From contig OZ242260.1 in assembly GCA_965207065.1 (NCBI GenBank), positions 1,504,001 to 1,568,000 on the forward strand: a stretch of DNA of 64,000 nt, given 5' to 3'. Below, in pieces: positions 11,041 through 20,432 of the stretch (positions are counted from its first letter, which is position 1; the number at the start of each line of letters is the position of its first letter). Both the position numbers and the translations under genes were made by a program. The notes under the pieces were generated by a model. The model was not told where the DNA came from. It saw only the letters and a program-made list of their open reading frames with translations, and did no database searches. Origin of the DNA: a bacterium. Lineage in GTDB: Bacteria; UBA8248.

Positions 11041-11301
11041 CTGGCGTTTCACGTAAGGCTTCACGTAGACCGGTGGCATGAGCTTCACCTCGTGACCGAG
11101 CCTGCCGATCTCGCGGCCCCAGTAGTGCGCGCTCGCGCACGCCTCCATCGCAATCAGGCAGCGCGGCTGCGAAGCCAGAAAACCCGGTACATTCCCCCGG
11201 GTCAACTTCTTGCGAAACGCGACCGAACCGTCTATGCGCGCGCCATGGAGTTGAAAACCATGTTTCACCAAGTCGATACCGATGATGTGAACCTGTTCCA
11301 T
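11041..11301 (-). pseudogene. IS110 transposase, N-terminal part
   Basis: MEQVHIIGIDLVK, MEACASAHYW, YVKPYVKRQ; GGAGG RBS. Confidence 0.9.
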
Positions 11302-11381
11302 GGGGTCCTCCTTCCGGGCGGTATGAAGACGCCACCTCGCCACAGTGTGATACCTGCCAGGAGGGGTCGTCCACCCCATCG

Positions 11382-12004
11382 TCCTGAGTTCAGCGGCCTC
11401 CCTGCCGGTTTCTTTTTCGTTCACCCCATCGATGAACCTCACGTCGGTGATCACGTCGGCCAGATGACGCAAGCCGCTTAGCCGCCCCCATCGCTTCTCG
11501 GCGCTCATGGCGAGTTGATGCACCAGGCTCAGCGCCGTCTTCTCGCTCAGGCAGTTCCTCGTCTTCGCCGTTCGCAGCCGGATCGTGGCGAAGGTCGACT
11601 CGATGGGGTTCGTCGTCCGGATACTCCGCCAGTGCGCCGCCGGGAAGTCGTAGAAGGCGAACAACTCCTCGCGGTCCCGCGCCAGACACTCGGCGGCCTT
11701 GGGGTACTTCGCCTCCCAGGTGGCGAGAAAGCGTTCAAACGCCTTCTCCGCGCGCTCGCGGGCGTCGGCCCCCCACATCTCATACAGCATCGGCCTCGCT
11801 TCGCTCTGAACGCTTTTGGGCAGCTTGTCCAGAACGTTCGCCGTCTTGTGAACCCAGCAGCGCTGCGCCCGGGTCTCGGGATACACCTCGGCCAGCGCCG
11901 ACCAGAACCCCAGCCCCCCGTCGCCCACCGCCAGCTTCGCCGCCTTCACCCCCCGCTCCCGCAGGCTCAACAGAACCGCCTTCCAGCTCTCCTTCGATTC
12001 CCGG
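11382..12004 (-). pseudogene. IS256 transposase, C-terminal part
   Basis: RESKESW, LAVGDGGLGFW, QRCWVHKTAN, IRTTNPIESTF. Confidence 0.9.
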
Positions 12005-12024
12005 TTATGTAGAGCTCTACATAA

Positions 12025-12138
12025 CCGGGATTATGTGGAGTTCATGGTTATGTGGAGTTCATCCTGGAGTTCGTTGTTTTTGTGTGGTTTGCGGGTAGCG
12101 AACTCCACATAACTTTTGCATCGTCTCTCCTGTCCGCG
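12025..12138. repeat. RIT left terminal inverted repeat (114 bp)
   Basis: Reverse complement of 15393-15506 with one mismatch; internal TTATGTGGAGTTC repeats. Confidence 0.92.
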
Positions 12139-12191
12139 TCGTTTCGGAGAGCGGCGGCAAGACAGGCCTGCCGCCGCTCTCCGTTCCCTCA

Positions 12192-13202
12192 TCAGCACCT
12201 CGAGCGTTGTCCGTCTCCATTGCCTGCGAGCATGGCGAGCAGCTTGTCGGGCGCCCGGAAGCGACCCGGCCGGAGGTCCGGCAATCGGGCGCCGTCGAGC
12301 ATCTCGAGTTTTTCTGTGGGGTCGGCGTGCAGATAGACCTCGGTGCTCTGGATGGTCGCATGTCCGAGCCAGAGGGAGACCTTGCGCATGTCCCCGGTTG
12401 CCTGAAGCGTATGCATCGCGCAACTGTGTCTCAGGGTGTGGGGCGTCACGTGTTTGCCGGCGAGGCCCGGCTCCGCCCTGGCCGCGTTCTTCAGATGTTT
12501 TGCGAGTATGACGTTGAACCCCCAGCGGCTCAGCCTTCGCCCGAGCCGGTTGTGGAACAGTTCCGGGTCGCCTTCGGGGTCGCGCAGGCGGAGCCATGCC
12601 TCGATGCCCGAGCGCGTCTCTTTCCAGAGCGGAAGTCTCCGCTCGCGGCGTCCCTTGCCCATGATCCGGACGCCGGCCGGCGCCCGGCGGTCGTAGTCGT
12701 CGAGCTTCAGGGCGGTCAGTTCACTGACGCGCAGTCCGCAGGCGTACGTCAGATGGAGCATGGCCCGGTCACGTATTCCGTCCCTTCGCCCCGGGTCGGG
12801 CGCGTCGAGCAGGGCCTTGATCTCGGCGCGGGTGAGCCAGGCCACCAAGGCCTTGTCTGCCTTCTTCTTCGGGATCAGGGCGATCCGGACGGCTTGCTCC
12901 AGGGTGCCGGGCTCGCGCCATTCGACGAAGCGGAAGAACGCCTTGACGGCCGCGAGGCGCGCGTTGCGCGTACTGACGGCCGCGCCCTTGCGCTCGACGT
13001 GCTCCAGGAAGGCGAGCACCATATCCGCGTCGATCTGCTCGAGAGCAAGCTGCGAAGGTCTCACCCCGAGCCTGCGGGCGACGAAGCGCAGCAGCAGCGA
13101 CAGCGCTCGCGAGTAGGCGTCCACCGTGTTCGGGCCGGCGCCCTTCTCAAAGGGGAGATGCTCGGACACGAAGGCGCTTGCATGCCGGGCCAGCGGGGTC
13201 AT
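12192..13202 (-). CDS. ritC: RIT tyrosine recombinase C
   Basis: GLRVSEL, GKGRRER, TPHTLRHSCA, WLGH, TEVY. Confidence 0.88.
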   Translation of the reverse strand: MTPLARHASAFVSEHLPFEKGAGPNTVDAYSRALSLLLRFVARRLGVRPSQLALEQIDADMVLAFLEHVERKGAAVSTRNARLAAVKAFFRFVEWREPGTLEQAVRIALIPKKKADKALVAWLTRAEIKALLDAPDPGRRDGIRDRAMLHLTYACGLRVSELTALKLDDYDRRAPAGVRIMGKGRRERRLPLWKETRSGIEAWLRLRDPEGDPELFHNRLGRRLSRWGFNVILAKHLKNAARAEPGLAGKHVTPHTLRHSCAMHTLQATGDMRKVSLWLGHATIQSTEVYLHADPTEKLEMLDGARLPDLRPGRFRAPDKLLAMLAGNGDGQRSRC

Positions 13203-14116
13203 GACGCGTCCTCCCCATGGAAGGCTTCCGTCCGCCGGGCGACTTCTCCCAGCAGCGCCTCGGTGCTCTCGTGATACCACCAGGTATGGGCGACGGAGGC
13301 ATGGCCGAGCCAGGCGCTGAGAGCGACCATGTGCCGGGCGACCGCCCGCCGCCCGGAGCCGCAGGCTTCGAGCGAGCGCACCGCGAAGGTGTGGCGCAAG
13401 TCGTGGATACGCGGGTTGCGCCCGTCTTCCCGCGCACCTGCGAGACCTGTGCGCGAGCGCATCCGGCGGAACACGGCGCGGGCCGCGGAAGGACCCATGC
13501 GGCCGCGGCCGTCGGCCAGGAAGAGGGCTTCGGTATCCGCCGGCACGCGAACCCGCGCCCGGAGGTGACGCGCGAGTTGCGTTTCGACCGTGGGATGGAA
13601 GGGCAGCAGGCGCCGTCCTCCACGCTTCGCCGTCCTGACCATCAGTCCCTCCGGGGTGACGTCATCCACGTCGATCGCCAGCGCCTCGCAGCCCCGCAGT
13701 CCGGTGGCGGCGATCAGCCCGAACAGGATCCGGTACTGGCCCGGGACCGGGCACCTGATCGTGGCGCACTCATCGGCCACGGCCAGGAGCGCGGCGATCT
13801 CGGAAGCAGAGTAGATGTAGGGCTTGGGCCGCACCCGGTGCGCGCGGGGCAGGACGTCCGCCGGAGGCGCCTCGTGCCGGGGGTCCTCCACGGCCATCGC
13901 CAGGGCGAAGCGGCGCACGAGCAACACCAGTCTGCGCCGCTGCAGGGCCGATGAGGAACGGCGCGCCCATTCGAGGACGCTCTGCGTGTTGACGTGGCTA
14001 TCGCCGCGGGCCTGCGCGAAGGCGGCGTAGTTCGCGAGACGCCGGGCGTCCTTGCGGAAGCTGCGCCCGGCGGCGCGGATGGAGGCGACGTATCGCTCGA
14101 CGGCATCGACGATCAT
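13199..14116 (-). CDS. ritB: RIT tyrosine recombinase B
   Basis: PYIYS, ATGLRGCEA, PRIHDLRHTFAV, AWLGH..HTWWY. Confidence 0.88.
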   Translation of the reverse strand: MIVDAVERYVASIRAAGRSFRKDARRLANYAAFAQARGDSHVNTQSVLEWARRSSSALQRRRLVLLVRRFALAMAVEDPRHEAPPADVLPRAHRVRPKPYIYSASEIAALLAVADECATIRCPVPGQYRILFGLIAATGLRGCEALAIDVDDVTPEGLMVRTAKRGGRRLLPFHPTVETQLARHLRARVRVPADTEALFLADGRGRMGPSAARAVFRRMRSRTGLAGAREDGRNPRIHDLRHTFAVRSLEACGSGRRAVARHMVALSAWLGHASVAHTWWYHESTEALLGEVARRTEAFHGEDAS

Positions 14117-15354
14117 GACGCGCCTCCCGGCCAGGGCTGCGCAATCTCGCGAAGCCGTATCGGGTCCGTTCTGGCGTAGATGGAAGTGGTCAGTATACTC
14201 CTGTGCCGCAGGAGCGTGGCGATGGTCTCCAGCGTGGCGCCGTCTTCGAGCAACCGGCAGGCCACCGAATGGCGAAGCAGGTTTACGCCTCCCGATGGAG
14301 TATCCTCCAATCCCGCGCGGCGCAGGGCGCTCGCGACGATTGAGCCGACGACGGACGAGGAGGAGAAGGGACGCCAGGGCGGACGCATACAGAGGAACAC
14401 GTGCGGGTCGTCCAACGGCGGCCGCCCGTCCTTCAGCCAGACGAGGATGGCGTCGCCGACCTCCTGGGGCAGGGGCAGCGTGGCCTCGCGACGCCCCTTG
14501 CCCGTGACGCGCAGACGTCCGCGCCGCCAGTCGATCTGCTCGAACGTCAGGCCGCCGGCGTCGCCCGCCCTGAGCCCCAGCCGGGCGACCAGGAGCAGGA
14601 AGGCGAGGTCCCGCCGTCCGATCGCCGTGCCCGTGTCGCAGGAGGCGAGGAGCCGCTCCACCTCCGCCGCCTTCAGGCCGCGCGGAACGTTGTCGCGCCG
14701 CGGCATGACGACGCACGGCACGGCTCTTGCCAATATCGCCGGACACCGGTCGAGCGCGGCGTTGTACCCGAGCCAGGAGCGTAGCGCCGTCGCTCTCGAC
14801 TTCCGGGAGGGCAACTTCCCGGACAGACCCGCGTGGGAGAACGCCGCGCGAAGGTTCGCGGCGTCGTAGCGCGCCGGGTCCGTGCCGACCAGCGGCAGCA
14901 GTTGGCTCAGCGCGCACTCGTAGCGCCGCAGGCTCGAGGCGGCCAGCCCCTTGTGCCGCCCAAGCCAGTCGAGCCAGGCCGCGACCTCCGGCGCCCGTTC
15001 CGGCGTTCGCACCGCCGGAGCATCGGTCACCCCGCTCCCTGAGAGGAACCGCACGAACCTTCGCACCCCGTAGAGGTACCTCTTGCCGGGCGGACGGCGG
15101 CGCGCCCCGGGACAGCGGCACTCATGAGCGCCGAAGCGAGCCACATCGCTCTCGACGGCGTCATCCGGACATCTGCCCGTCAAGTGAAGCCAATGGCAAA
15201 AATGCCGGGCTGCCTGAACGTATCCCTCCACCGTCGAGCAAGTGTGATCGAGTTGGAACAGATGATGCCGGTAGGCGTCGACGTGCCGGGCGTGCGGCCC
15301 CATGTCCATCAACCAGCGTCGTGTGACAGGATCGAATCGTGTCGTATCGGGCAT
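14113..15354 (-). CDS. ritA: RIT tyrosine recombinase A
   Basis: RLGLRAGD, GKGRRE, LLRHSVA, LLRH..TTSIYA; GGAGG RBS. Confidence 0.88.
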   Translation of the reverse strand: MPDTTRFDPVTRRWLMDMGPHARHVDAYRHHLFQLDHTCSTVEGYVQAARHFCHWLHLTGRCPDDAVESDVARFGAHECRCPGARRRPPGKRYLYGVRRFVRFLSGSGVTDAPAVRTPERAPEVAAWLDWLGRHKGLAASSLRRYECALSQLLPLVGTDPARYDAANLRAAFSHAGLSGKLPSRKSRATALRSWLGYNAALDRCPAILARAVPCVVMPRRDNVPRGLKAAEVERLLASCDTGTAIGRRDLAFLLLVARLGLRAGDAGGLTFEQIDWRRGRLRVTGKGRREATLPLPQEVGDAILVWLKDGRPPLDDPHVFLCMRPPWRPFSSSSVVGSIVASALRRAGLEDTPSGGVNLLRHSVACRLLEDGATLETIATLLRHRSILTTSIYARTDPIRLREIAQPWPGGAS

Positions 15355-15392
15355 CGTAACCTCCTGTTGTGAATAGGCGCCCGAAGCGCGGG

Positions 15393-15506
15393 CGCGGACA
15401 GGAGAGACGATGCAAAAGTTATGTGGAGTTCGCTACCCGCAAACCACACAAAAACTACGAACTCCAGGATGAACTCCACATAACCATGAACTCCACATAA
15501 TCCCGG
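15393..15506. repeat. RIT right terminal inverted repeat
   Basis: Inverse of 12025-12138. Confidence 0.92.
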
Positions 15507-16132
15507 AAGCCCGGCTCCAGGGCCAGGAAGCGCTTGCGGCCCCGCGCGTCGCAGCCCACAACCACCAGAAGACAGCGCCGCTCCCCGCTGCGCACGTTCA
15601 CGTAGATGCCGTCCGCCCACAGATACGCGAACTCCTCGTCATCCCACGCCCGCTCGCGCCACTGCGCGTACTCGCGCTCCCAGCCCTCCTTGAGACGCGA
15701 GACCGTCGACGGGGACAAGCCCCCCACCGACTCGCCGAACAGCGCCCGGAGCGCCTCATCGAAGTCGTTCGTCGATACCCCCTTCAGGTACAGCCACGGT
15801 ATCACCGCCTCCACGCGCCGCGTCTTGCGCAGATACGGCGGCAACAACTCCGAGCGGAAACGCCGCCCCGAACCCGACCTGTCCCGCGTCCGCGGGACAC
15901 GGACACGCACCCGACCCACTCCCGTCAATACCTCCCGCGACGGCAGATAGCCGTTGCGCACCACCGCGCGACGACCCTGCGCGTCGTGTTCGCCCGCATG
16001 TTCTGCCAGATAGGCTTCCAACTCCGCTTCCACCGCCTGGCGGATGATTCGCTGCGCGCCCGCGCGTACCAGTTCGCTCAACTCGTCGCGATAGGCTGGA
16101 TTCCGGAAGGGAATCGTCGTATCTTCTCTCAT
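15501..16132 (-). pseudogene. IS256 transposase, N-terminal part
   Basis: VVRNGYLP, VRVPRTRDR, LYLKGVST, YLWADGIY, broken at ALEPGFR. Confidence 0.9.
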
Positions 16133-16322
16133 GGTGGCGCATCTCCTTGTGCTGAATGACCGGGCTTCTGACAACCCTATTTCAGCAGGATGCGCCGCCT
16201 TCTTCAATTCAGCCCATACACAAGTTCTGAGAGTAACTCCAGTATATACGATGATTTTTGCAAAAGGAAAAATTGGTGATTGGTCGTAATTGCATAAGGC
16301 ATATACTCACTTGACTAACCCA

Positions 16323-17291
16323 CTATCTATCAGGCCATATTTCAGCATCCTCGCCCGGTTCTTGATTTGGCCTGAAATCCAGCAGGTAGGTTTCGGGGTC
16401 GATTTTCGAGAACGTAACATCTGTCCGGCCATACTCGATGAGGTGATGCCTCGTCACATACACGCCAGAACCAACACGTAGACGCGCCCTCAAGTAAGCA
16501 CCGAGCAAACTGTTGTCCTGTGTAGTGTGCAATCCCTTTCCGGCATCTTGAGCGCGAACACATATGAAGCTGTCGCCATCATCCGTAAGAACCGTGAATT
16601 GCTCAAACCTGTCAGGGAAGAATCCACTACGCCCCACGCTTGCGGGAATGTTGATGTAGGCTTGGTTCGGGTTTCTCCCAGACCTTTGCCCCCAGTTAAT
16701 GCCCGATCTGGTAGGCGTCTCACCTTCTCTCGAAAGAAGAGTGAGGGTAACGCTTTCAAGTGGGCTTCCCGTCTCAAAACCCTTCCGGCTTTGCAGCAAG
16801 GTGATCTGAGTGTCGATATGGGGCTGAATGCAGTCCGATGCGTTCCTGAGAATGAGGTTGTGGAAGTCGTTTGCATCGCATGAATCGGCTGGGGACATGA
16901 CCTCTATTTGCGCCCTTCCGAATCCCGTCATAGTATAGTTGGCGGAGCCGCAGAAAGCCTTTATCGGCTCTCCTTTGGCATTCAACCACACATACGATTT
17001 AGCATGAACTGGATTGCCTCGAACCACGTATCGGCAAATGAAGTCCGTATCCCAGGACGGATGATCCATCATTTTGCAGAATGCGGAATGCTGGGCTTCC
17101 TCTATCCCGTGTTGTATCGTCATGCCGATTATGAGTTCTATCGAGATGTTGAGGTCTAGTTCCTTCAGGTGCTCCATATGCCTGTCGGCCATATTCGCGG
17201 TAGCGAATCCGCTGACAATACGCAGGCGCCCTCCGTTCACGTCATACGCGGGCGATAGCAGGACTTCACGGAAGAGGTCTTCGTGGATCAT
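16323..17291 (-). CDS. PLD-type restriction endonuclease (NgoFVII-like)
   Basis: IVSGFAT, HAKSY...GSANYT PLD motif, SGINWGQ..RNPNQAYI; coupled to the MTase. Confidence 0.8.
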   Translation of the reverse strand: MIHEDLFREVLLSPAYDVNGGRLRIVSGFATANMADRHMEHLKELDLNISIELIIGMTIQHGIEEAQHSAFCKMMDHPSWDTDFICRYVVRGNPVHAKSYVWLNAKGEPIKAFCGSANYTMTGFGRAQIEVMSPADSCDANDFHNLILRNASDCIQPHIDTQITLLQSRKGFETGSPLESVTLTLLSREGETPTRSGINWGQRSGRNPNQAYINIPASVGRSGFFPDRFEQFTVLTDDGDSFICVRAQDAGKGLHTTQDNSLLGAYLRARLRVGSGVYVTRHHLIEYGRTDVTFSKIDPETYLLDFRPNQEPGEDAEIWPDR

Positions 17292-18373
17292 ATTGTGAGT
17301 TCATAAGCAGGGACGTCATGCTTGACGAGTGAATTCAGGACGGCGCGATAAACGACCTCCGCGCCCTTCGGTGGAACGGCCATGCCGATTTGCTTTCGCA
17401 CGGATTCTTTCCCGCCCTCAAAGACAAAGCTGTCGGGAAATGTTTGGAGTCTCGCCCTTTCTCTATTCGTCAAGGCGCGATTTTCTTCCCAATGATATAG
17501 ATGCGTTCCACCGCCACCGGAACCAGTAACCGTATAGCTTGGCGCATCCGGCTTGAGTCTTCTGTAAATTTGGCTGATGGTTGCGCCGCTCTTGAGGTTC
17601 AATTTTAGATGCTTGGGCAAATCAGCCGTGAAGGCGTTCTCTCCCGGCTTGATATGTTTCAACCTCTCGACAACATTTCCAGACTGGTTTGTGCGCTCGT
17701 TGTTGGTCGCATCATCCGGTATGTCGCTCAATGCTTCTTTAGCCGTATTGAAATTATCCATGTGTGTGGGCGCAGGATGCTCGAAAGAATCAATGCCCAG
17801 GTCTTTGCGAAAACCGACCACGAACAATCTGTGGCGCGCTTGAGGCACTCCGTATTCCTCTAGGCGATAGGTGTGCGGGAAAATCGCATATCCGGCTTTT
17901 CGCAGGGAAGACAGGATGATGGCAAAGTCTTTATTATCACCGCTCGACTTGATGCCGCTCACATTCTCGGCTACGAAAAATGCAGGTTTCTTCGCCTTGA
18001 GCGCACGCACTCCCCAGATGTAAAGGCCACCATGCTGGCCAGATATACCCCGTCGCTCTCCTATTACGCTGAAATCATTGCATGGGAACCCGAAGGCCAG
18101 CCCGTCAATATCCGCCAGTTCCTTGAAGTCCAAGTCCTTCACATCCCCGCACATGACACCGCCTTCCGGCAACGGGATATTATTTTCGAGCGTCTTGCAA
18201 GCATCCGCGTCCCTGTCGTTTACCCACACGTGAACGAAACCATGCCCGCCCACCTTCGCGTTGTGCGCGCCCAGCGTCATGCCTCCTGCACCAGCAAATA
18301 ATTCACCTATCCGATAGGTCTTGTGATCCGGAGATGGAGCCATAGCGAGCGCAAGCTGATTGTCGAAGCTCAT
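17288..18373 (-). CDS. DNA (cytosine-5)-methyltransferase
   Basis: ELFAGAGG, GFPCNDFS, AENVSG, PQARHR, RERARLQTFPD, QIGMAVPP. Confidence 0.93.
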   Translation of the reverse strand: MSFDNQLALAMAPSPDHKTYRIGELFAGAGGMTLGAHNAKVGGHGFVHVWVNDRDADACKTLENNIPLPEGGVMCGDVKDLDFKELADIDGLAFGFPCNDFSVIGERRGISGQHGGLYIWGVRALKAKKPAFFVAENVSGIKSSGDNKDFAIILSSLRKAGYAIFPHTYRLEEYGVPQARHRLFVVGFRKDLGIDSFEHPAPTHMDNFNTAKEALSDIPDDATNNERTNQSGNVVERLKHIKPGENAFTADLPKHLKLNLKSGATISQIYRRLKPDAPSYTVTGSGGGGTHLYHWEENRALTNRERARLQTFPDSFVFEGGKESVRKQIGMAVPPKGAEVVYRAVLNSLVKHDVPAYELTI

Positions 18374-19296
18374 CCGGTAAGCTCCCGCCAAGAGAGTTTC
18401 CCGCAGGTGATGCGGCTGATGATGTTTTCACATCGGATGCCTGAGCTTCGCTCTTTCCTCATGTTGAATCGAGCGGAGTATTCGTCCACATAGCGATGCA
18501 AATGCTTCGCGCTCATCTTGTAATAGACGCCGATATAACCGCGCTTGAGCAAGCTCCAAAAGCTTTCCACGCCATTCGTATGCGCCATGCCCTTCACATA
18601 CTGGCCTACGCGGTGGTTCACCATGACATGATGATAGAGACGGCCTAGATGCCGATAGGAGAGAAACTCATCCGTTGAAATGACCGACCCGGATGCGACC
18701 GACTTGAGGACTTCCCTTGCTATGGTGCGCTTCTTGGTGTTCTCGACTGGACGGGCCACAATATCTCCGCCTCGTTGTAACATCGCCAGGACGGGTTTCT
18801 TCGTTTTTAGACTGCGCCCCTTGGTTCCTCCGGTGCGCTTGTGTTTATGCTTGTTGGCCTCTCGACCCCCGATATAACTTTCATCGACCTCAATCGTTCC
18901 CGAGAGCTTGGGAGCCTTTTCGGTTGCGCCAAAGGCTTTTCTGATTCTGTGTTCCATGAACCATGCCGTATTGTATGCAACGCCAAGCTCACGCTGCAAC
19001 TGCGTAGCGGGAATGCCTCTGCGATTCGAGGACATGAGCCATATCGCCACGATCCATTTTCGGAGAGGAACTGGAGAATCCTGAAATATCGTGCCGATTC
19101 TCACAGTGAATTGATCACGGCAATCAGCGCACTTATACCGCTTCCCATCGCTGAAAGCATAGACCTTGCCCGTGCTTCCACACTTAGGGCAATACATCCC
19201 ATGCCGCCACCTGATTTGCGCGATGTACTTGTGAGCCGCTTCCTCGTTCGGTATGTTTTCGTATAGCTGATTCAGGCTGTCAAAACTTATTTCCAT
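18370..19296 (-). CDS. IS1595-family transposase
   Basis: Zn ribbon CPKC..CADC; EVDESYIGG, STDE, HTNGVESFWSLLKRG. Confidence 0.92.
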   Translation of the reverse strand: MEISFDSLNQLYENIPNEEAAHKYIAQIRWRHGMYCPKCGSTGKVYAFSDGKRYKCADCRDQFTVRIGTIFQDSPVPLRKWIVAIWLMSSNRRGIPATQLQRELGVAYNTAWFMEHRIRKAFGATEKAPKLSGTIEVDESYIGGREANKHKHKRTGGTKGRSLKTKKPVLAMLQRGGDIVARPVENTKKRTIAREVLKSVASGSVISTDEFLSYRHLGRLYHHVMVNHRVGQYVKGMAHTNGVESFWSLLKRGYIGVYYKMSAKHLHRYVDEYSARFNMRKERSSGIRCENIISRITCGKLSWRELTG

Positions 19297-19544
19297 GACC
19301 TTCCCTCCCTATGATGATAACAATATACATCATTTAATTGGGTTAGTCAAGTGAGTATATGCCTTGCATAAAGGTACACTCTACGTTACGTCTGTTCGGT
19401 ATTTCTTTTTTGCTCCTTATTCCCTATGTCCAAATCTTCGATCCACACGGAACTAACTGCGCCGTCAATATTATTATGTTCAGCTTACCACGGAATGATC
19501 TCGCAGCTGACTAGATACTGAGATAATCACTATCATTGGCACCA

Positions 19545-20432
19545 GAAGGCTGCGGTGCCATCTGGCGGAGTTCGGGCTCATCGCTCCAAAAGGGGCCGGT
19601 TCATCTCACATGGTTGCTGTTGGCAGTGAAAGGTCTGGACTCGGGTCTGCCGGAGGCGGTGCACGAACTGGGCGGGGTTCTGCTCGCGTAGATTGCCAGC
19701 CTGAAGGAGAAGATACAGGAGTTGGAGGGGCAACTGCGCGCGAGCGCGCGCGAAGACGAGGAGGCGAGACACCTGATGAACATCCCGGGGGTCGGGTCGC
19801 TCTGCGCGTCGGTGATACAGGCCTTCGCGCCGCCGATGGAAAGCTTCCGACACGGGAGGGATTTCTCCGCCTAGATCGGCCTCGTGCCCCGACAACACTC
19901 CACGGGCGGCAAAACGCGGGTGGGCAGAATATCAAAGATGGGCCAGCGCGACATCAGGCGGCTTTTGATCATAGGGGCCATGGCGGTAGTGGGTTGGGCG
20001 GTCCGGCGCGGCGCGCCGGCGGGTTCATGGTTGGCCCGGATGTTGGCGCGCAAACCTCTTATGCTGGTCGCGGTGGCGCTGGCGAATCGAATGGCGCGCA
20101 TCGCTTGGGTGTTGATGACGAACAGGGAATTCCACAAGGAGCCTGTGCCGGTCATCTGAGCGGCAGGCGAGTGAATATAGCCGGGAGGAATGTAAGCAGG
20201 TCGGAGGACGGGTAAGGGAAAATGGTCGACGAGACGGGATCGGGAAAACCAGGGTACATTCGAGAGTTAACAAGCTCGCGAGGCCGATTCGGACCCGGTC
20301 CGCGCATCTCCATACGGGCCCGCGGTAAGAGTTAAACGCCGCAAACGAGAGGTCGGACATACGACTGCACCTGACCACGGACCCTGAATCGTTGAAATAA
20401 CATGCTTGTATTCACGGGGTCGTCCACATACG
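19545..20432 (+). mobile_element. second IS110/IS1111 copy, 5'-truncated, transposase pseudogene
   Basis: Homologous to 7430-8300; internal TAG stops; PRQHSTGGK; right end GGGGTCGTCCACATACG. Confidence 0.85.
20160..20430 (+). ncRNA. putative seek/bridge RNA region of IS1111 copy 2
   Basis: Same scaffold as copy 1; GTACATTCG (20254-20262) is the reverse complement of flank CGAATGTAC (20431-20439). Confidence 0.72.

Larger units (their letters stand above)
8461..11043 (+). mobile_element. three-ORF large serine recombinase element inserted in the IS110 transposase
   Basis: Splits the IS110 gene at the KRQ codons with shared CAG (CTG at 8458-8460 and 11041-11043). Confidence 0.8.
7427..11381 (-). 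mobile_element. IS110-family (IS1111-type) element, interrupted
   Basis: CG core at both junctions; subterminal IRs GTGGACG.CCCC / GGGGCCGTCCAC; ~260 bp non-coding right end. Confidence 0.85.
12005..15506 (-). mobile_element. RIT element (recombinase in trio)
   Basis: Three ATGA-coupled tyrosine recombinases between 114-bp IRs; CCGGGA target present at both junctions. Confidence 0.9.
7400..16239 (-). mobile_element. IS256-family element expanded by nested insertions
   Basis: Imperfect terminal IRs GAGTTACTGTCAAATGTTGTGTATGG (7400) and CCATACACAAGTTCTGAGAGTAACTC (ends 16239); transposase in pieces. Confidence 0.85.
16298..19363 (-). mobile_element. IS1595-family element carrying a restriction-modification system
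   Basis: Perfect 25-bp IRs GGCATATACTCACTTGACTAACCCA (16298-16322, 19339-19363); 8-bp TSD TTGCATAA. Confidence 0.93.

Noticed and set aside
11032-11970. Apparent IS256-IS110 fusion protein (312-aa ORF)
   Set aside because: Chance read-through created by IS1111 inserting in the last IS256 codons; both halves have their partners elsewhere
12031-12112. TTATGTGGAGTTC repeats as a mini CRISPR array
   Set aside because: They are sub-repeats inside the RIT IR; no unique spacers and no cas genes
13199-15121. 640-aa recombinase ORF
   Set aside because: The upstream part is an off-frame overlap of ritA; ritB starts at the ATGA at 14116
7395-16244. CAGTA on both sides of IS256 as its target-site duplication
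   Set aside because: Only 5 bp, shorter than the 8-9 bp typical of IS256, and the intron does not resume afterwards; unresolved
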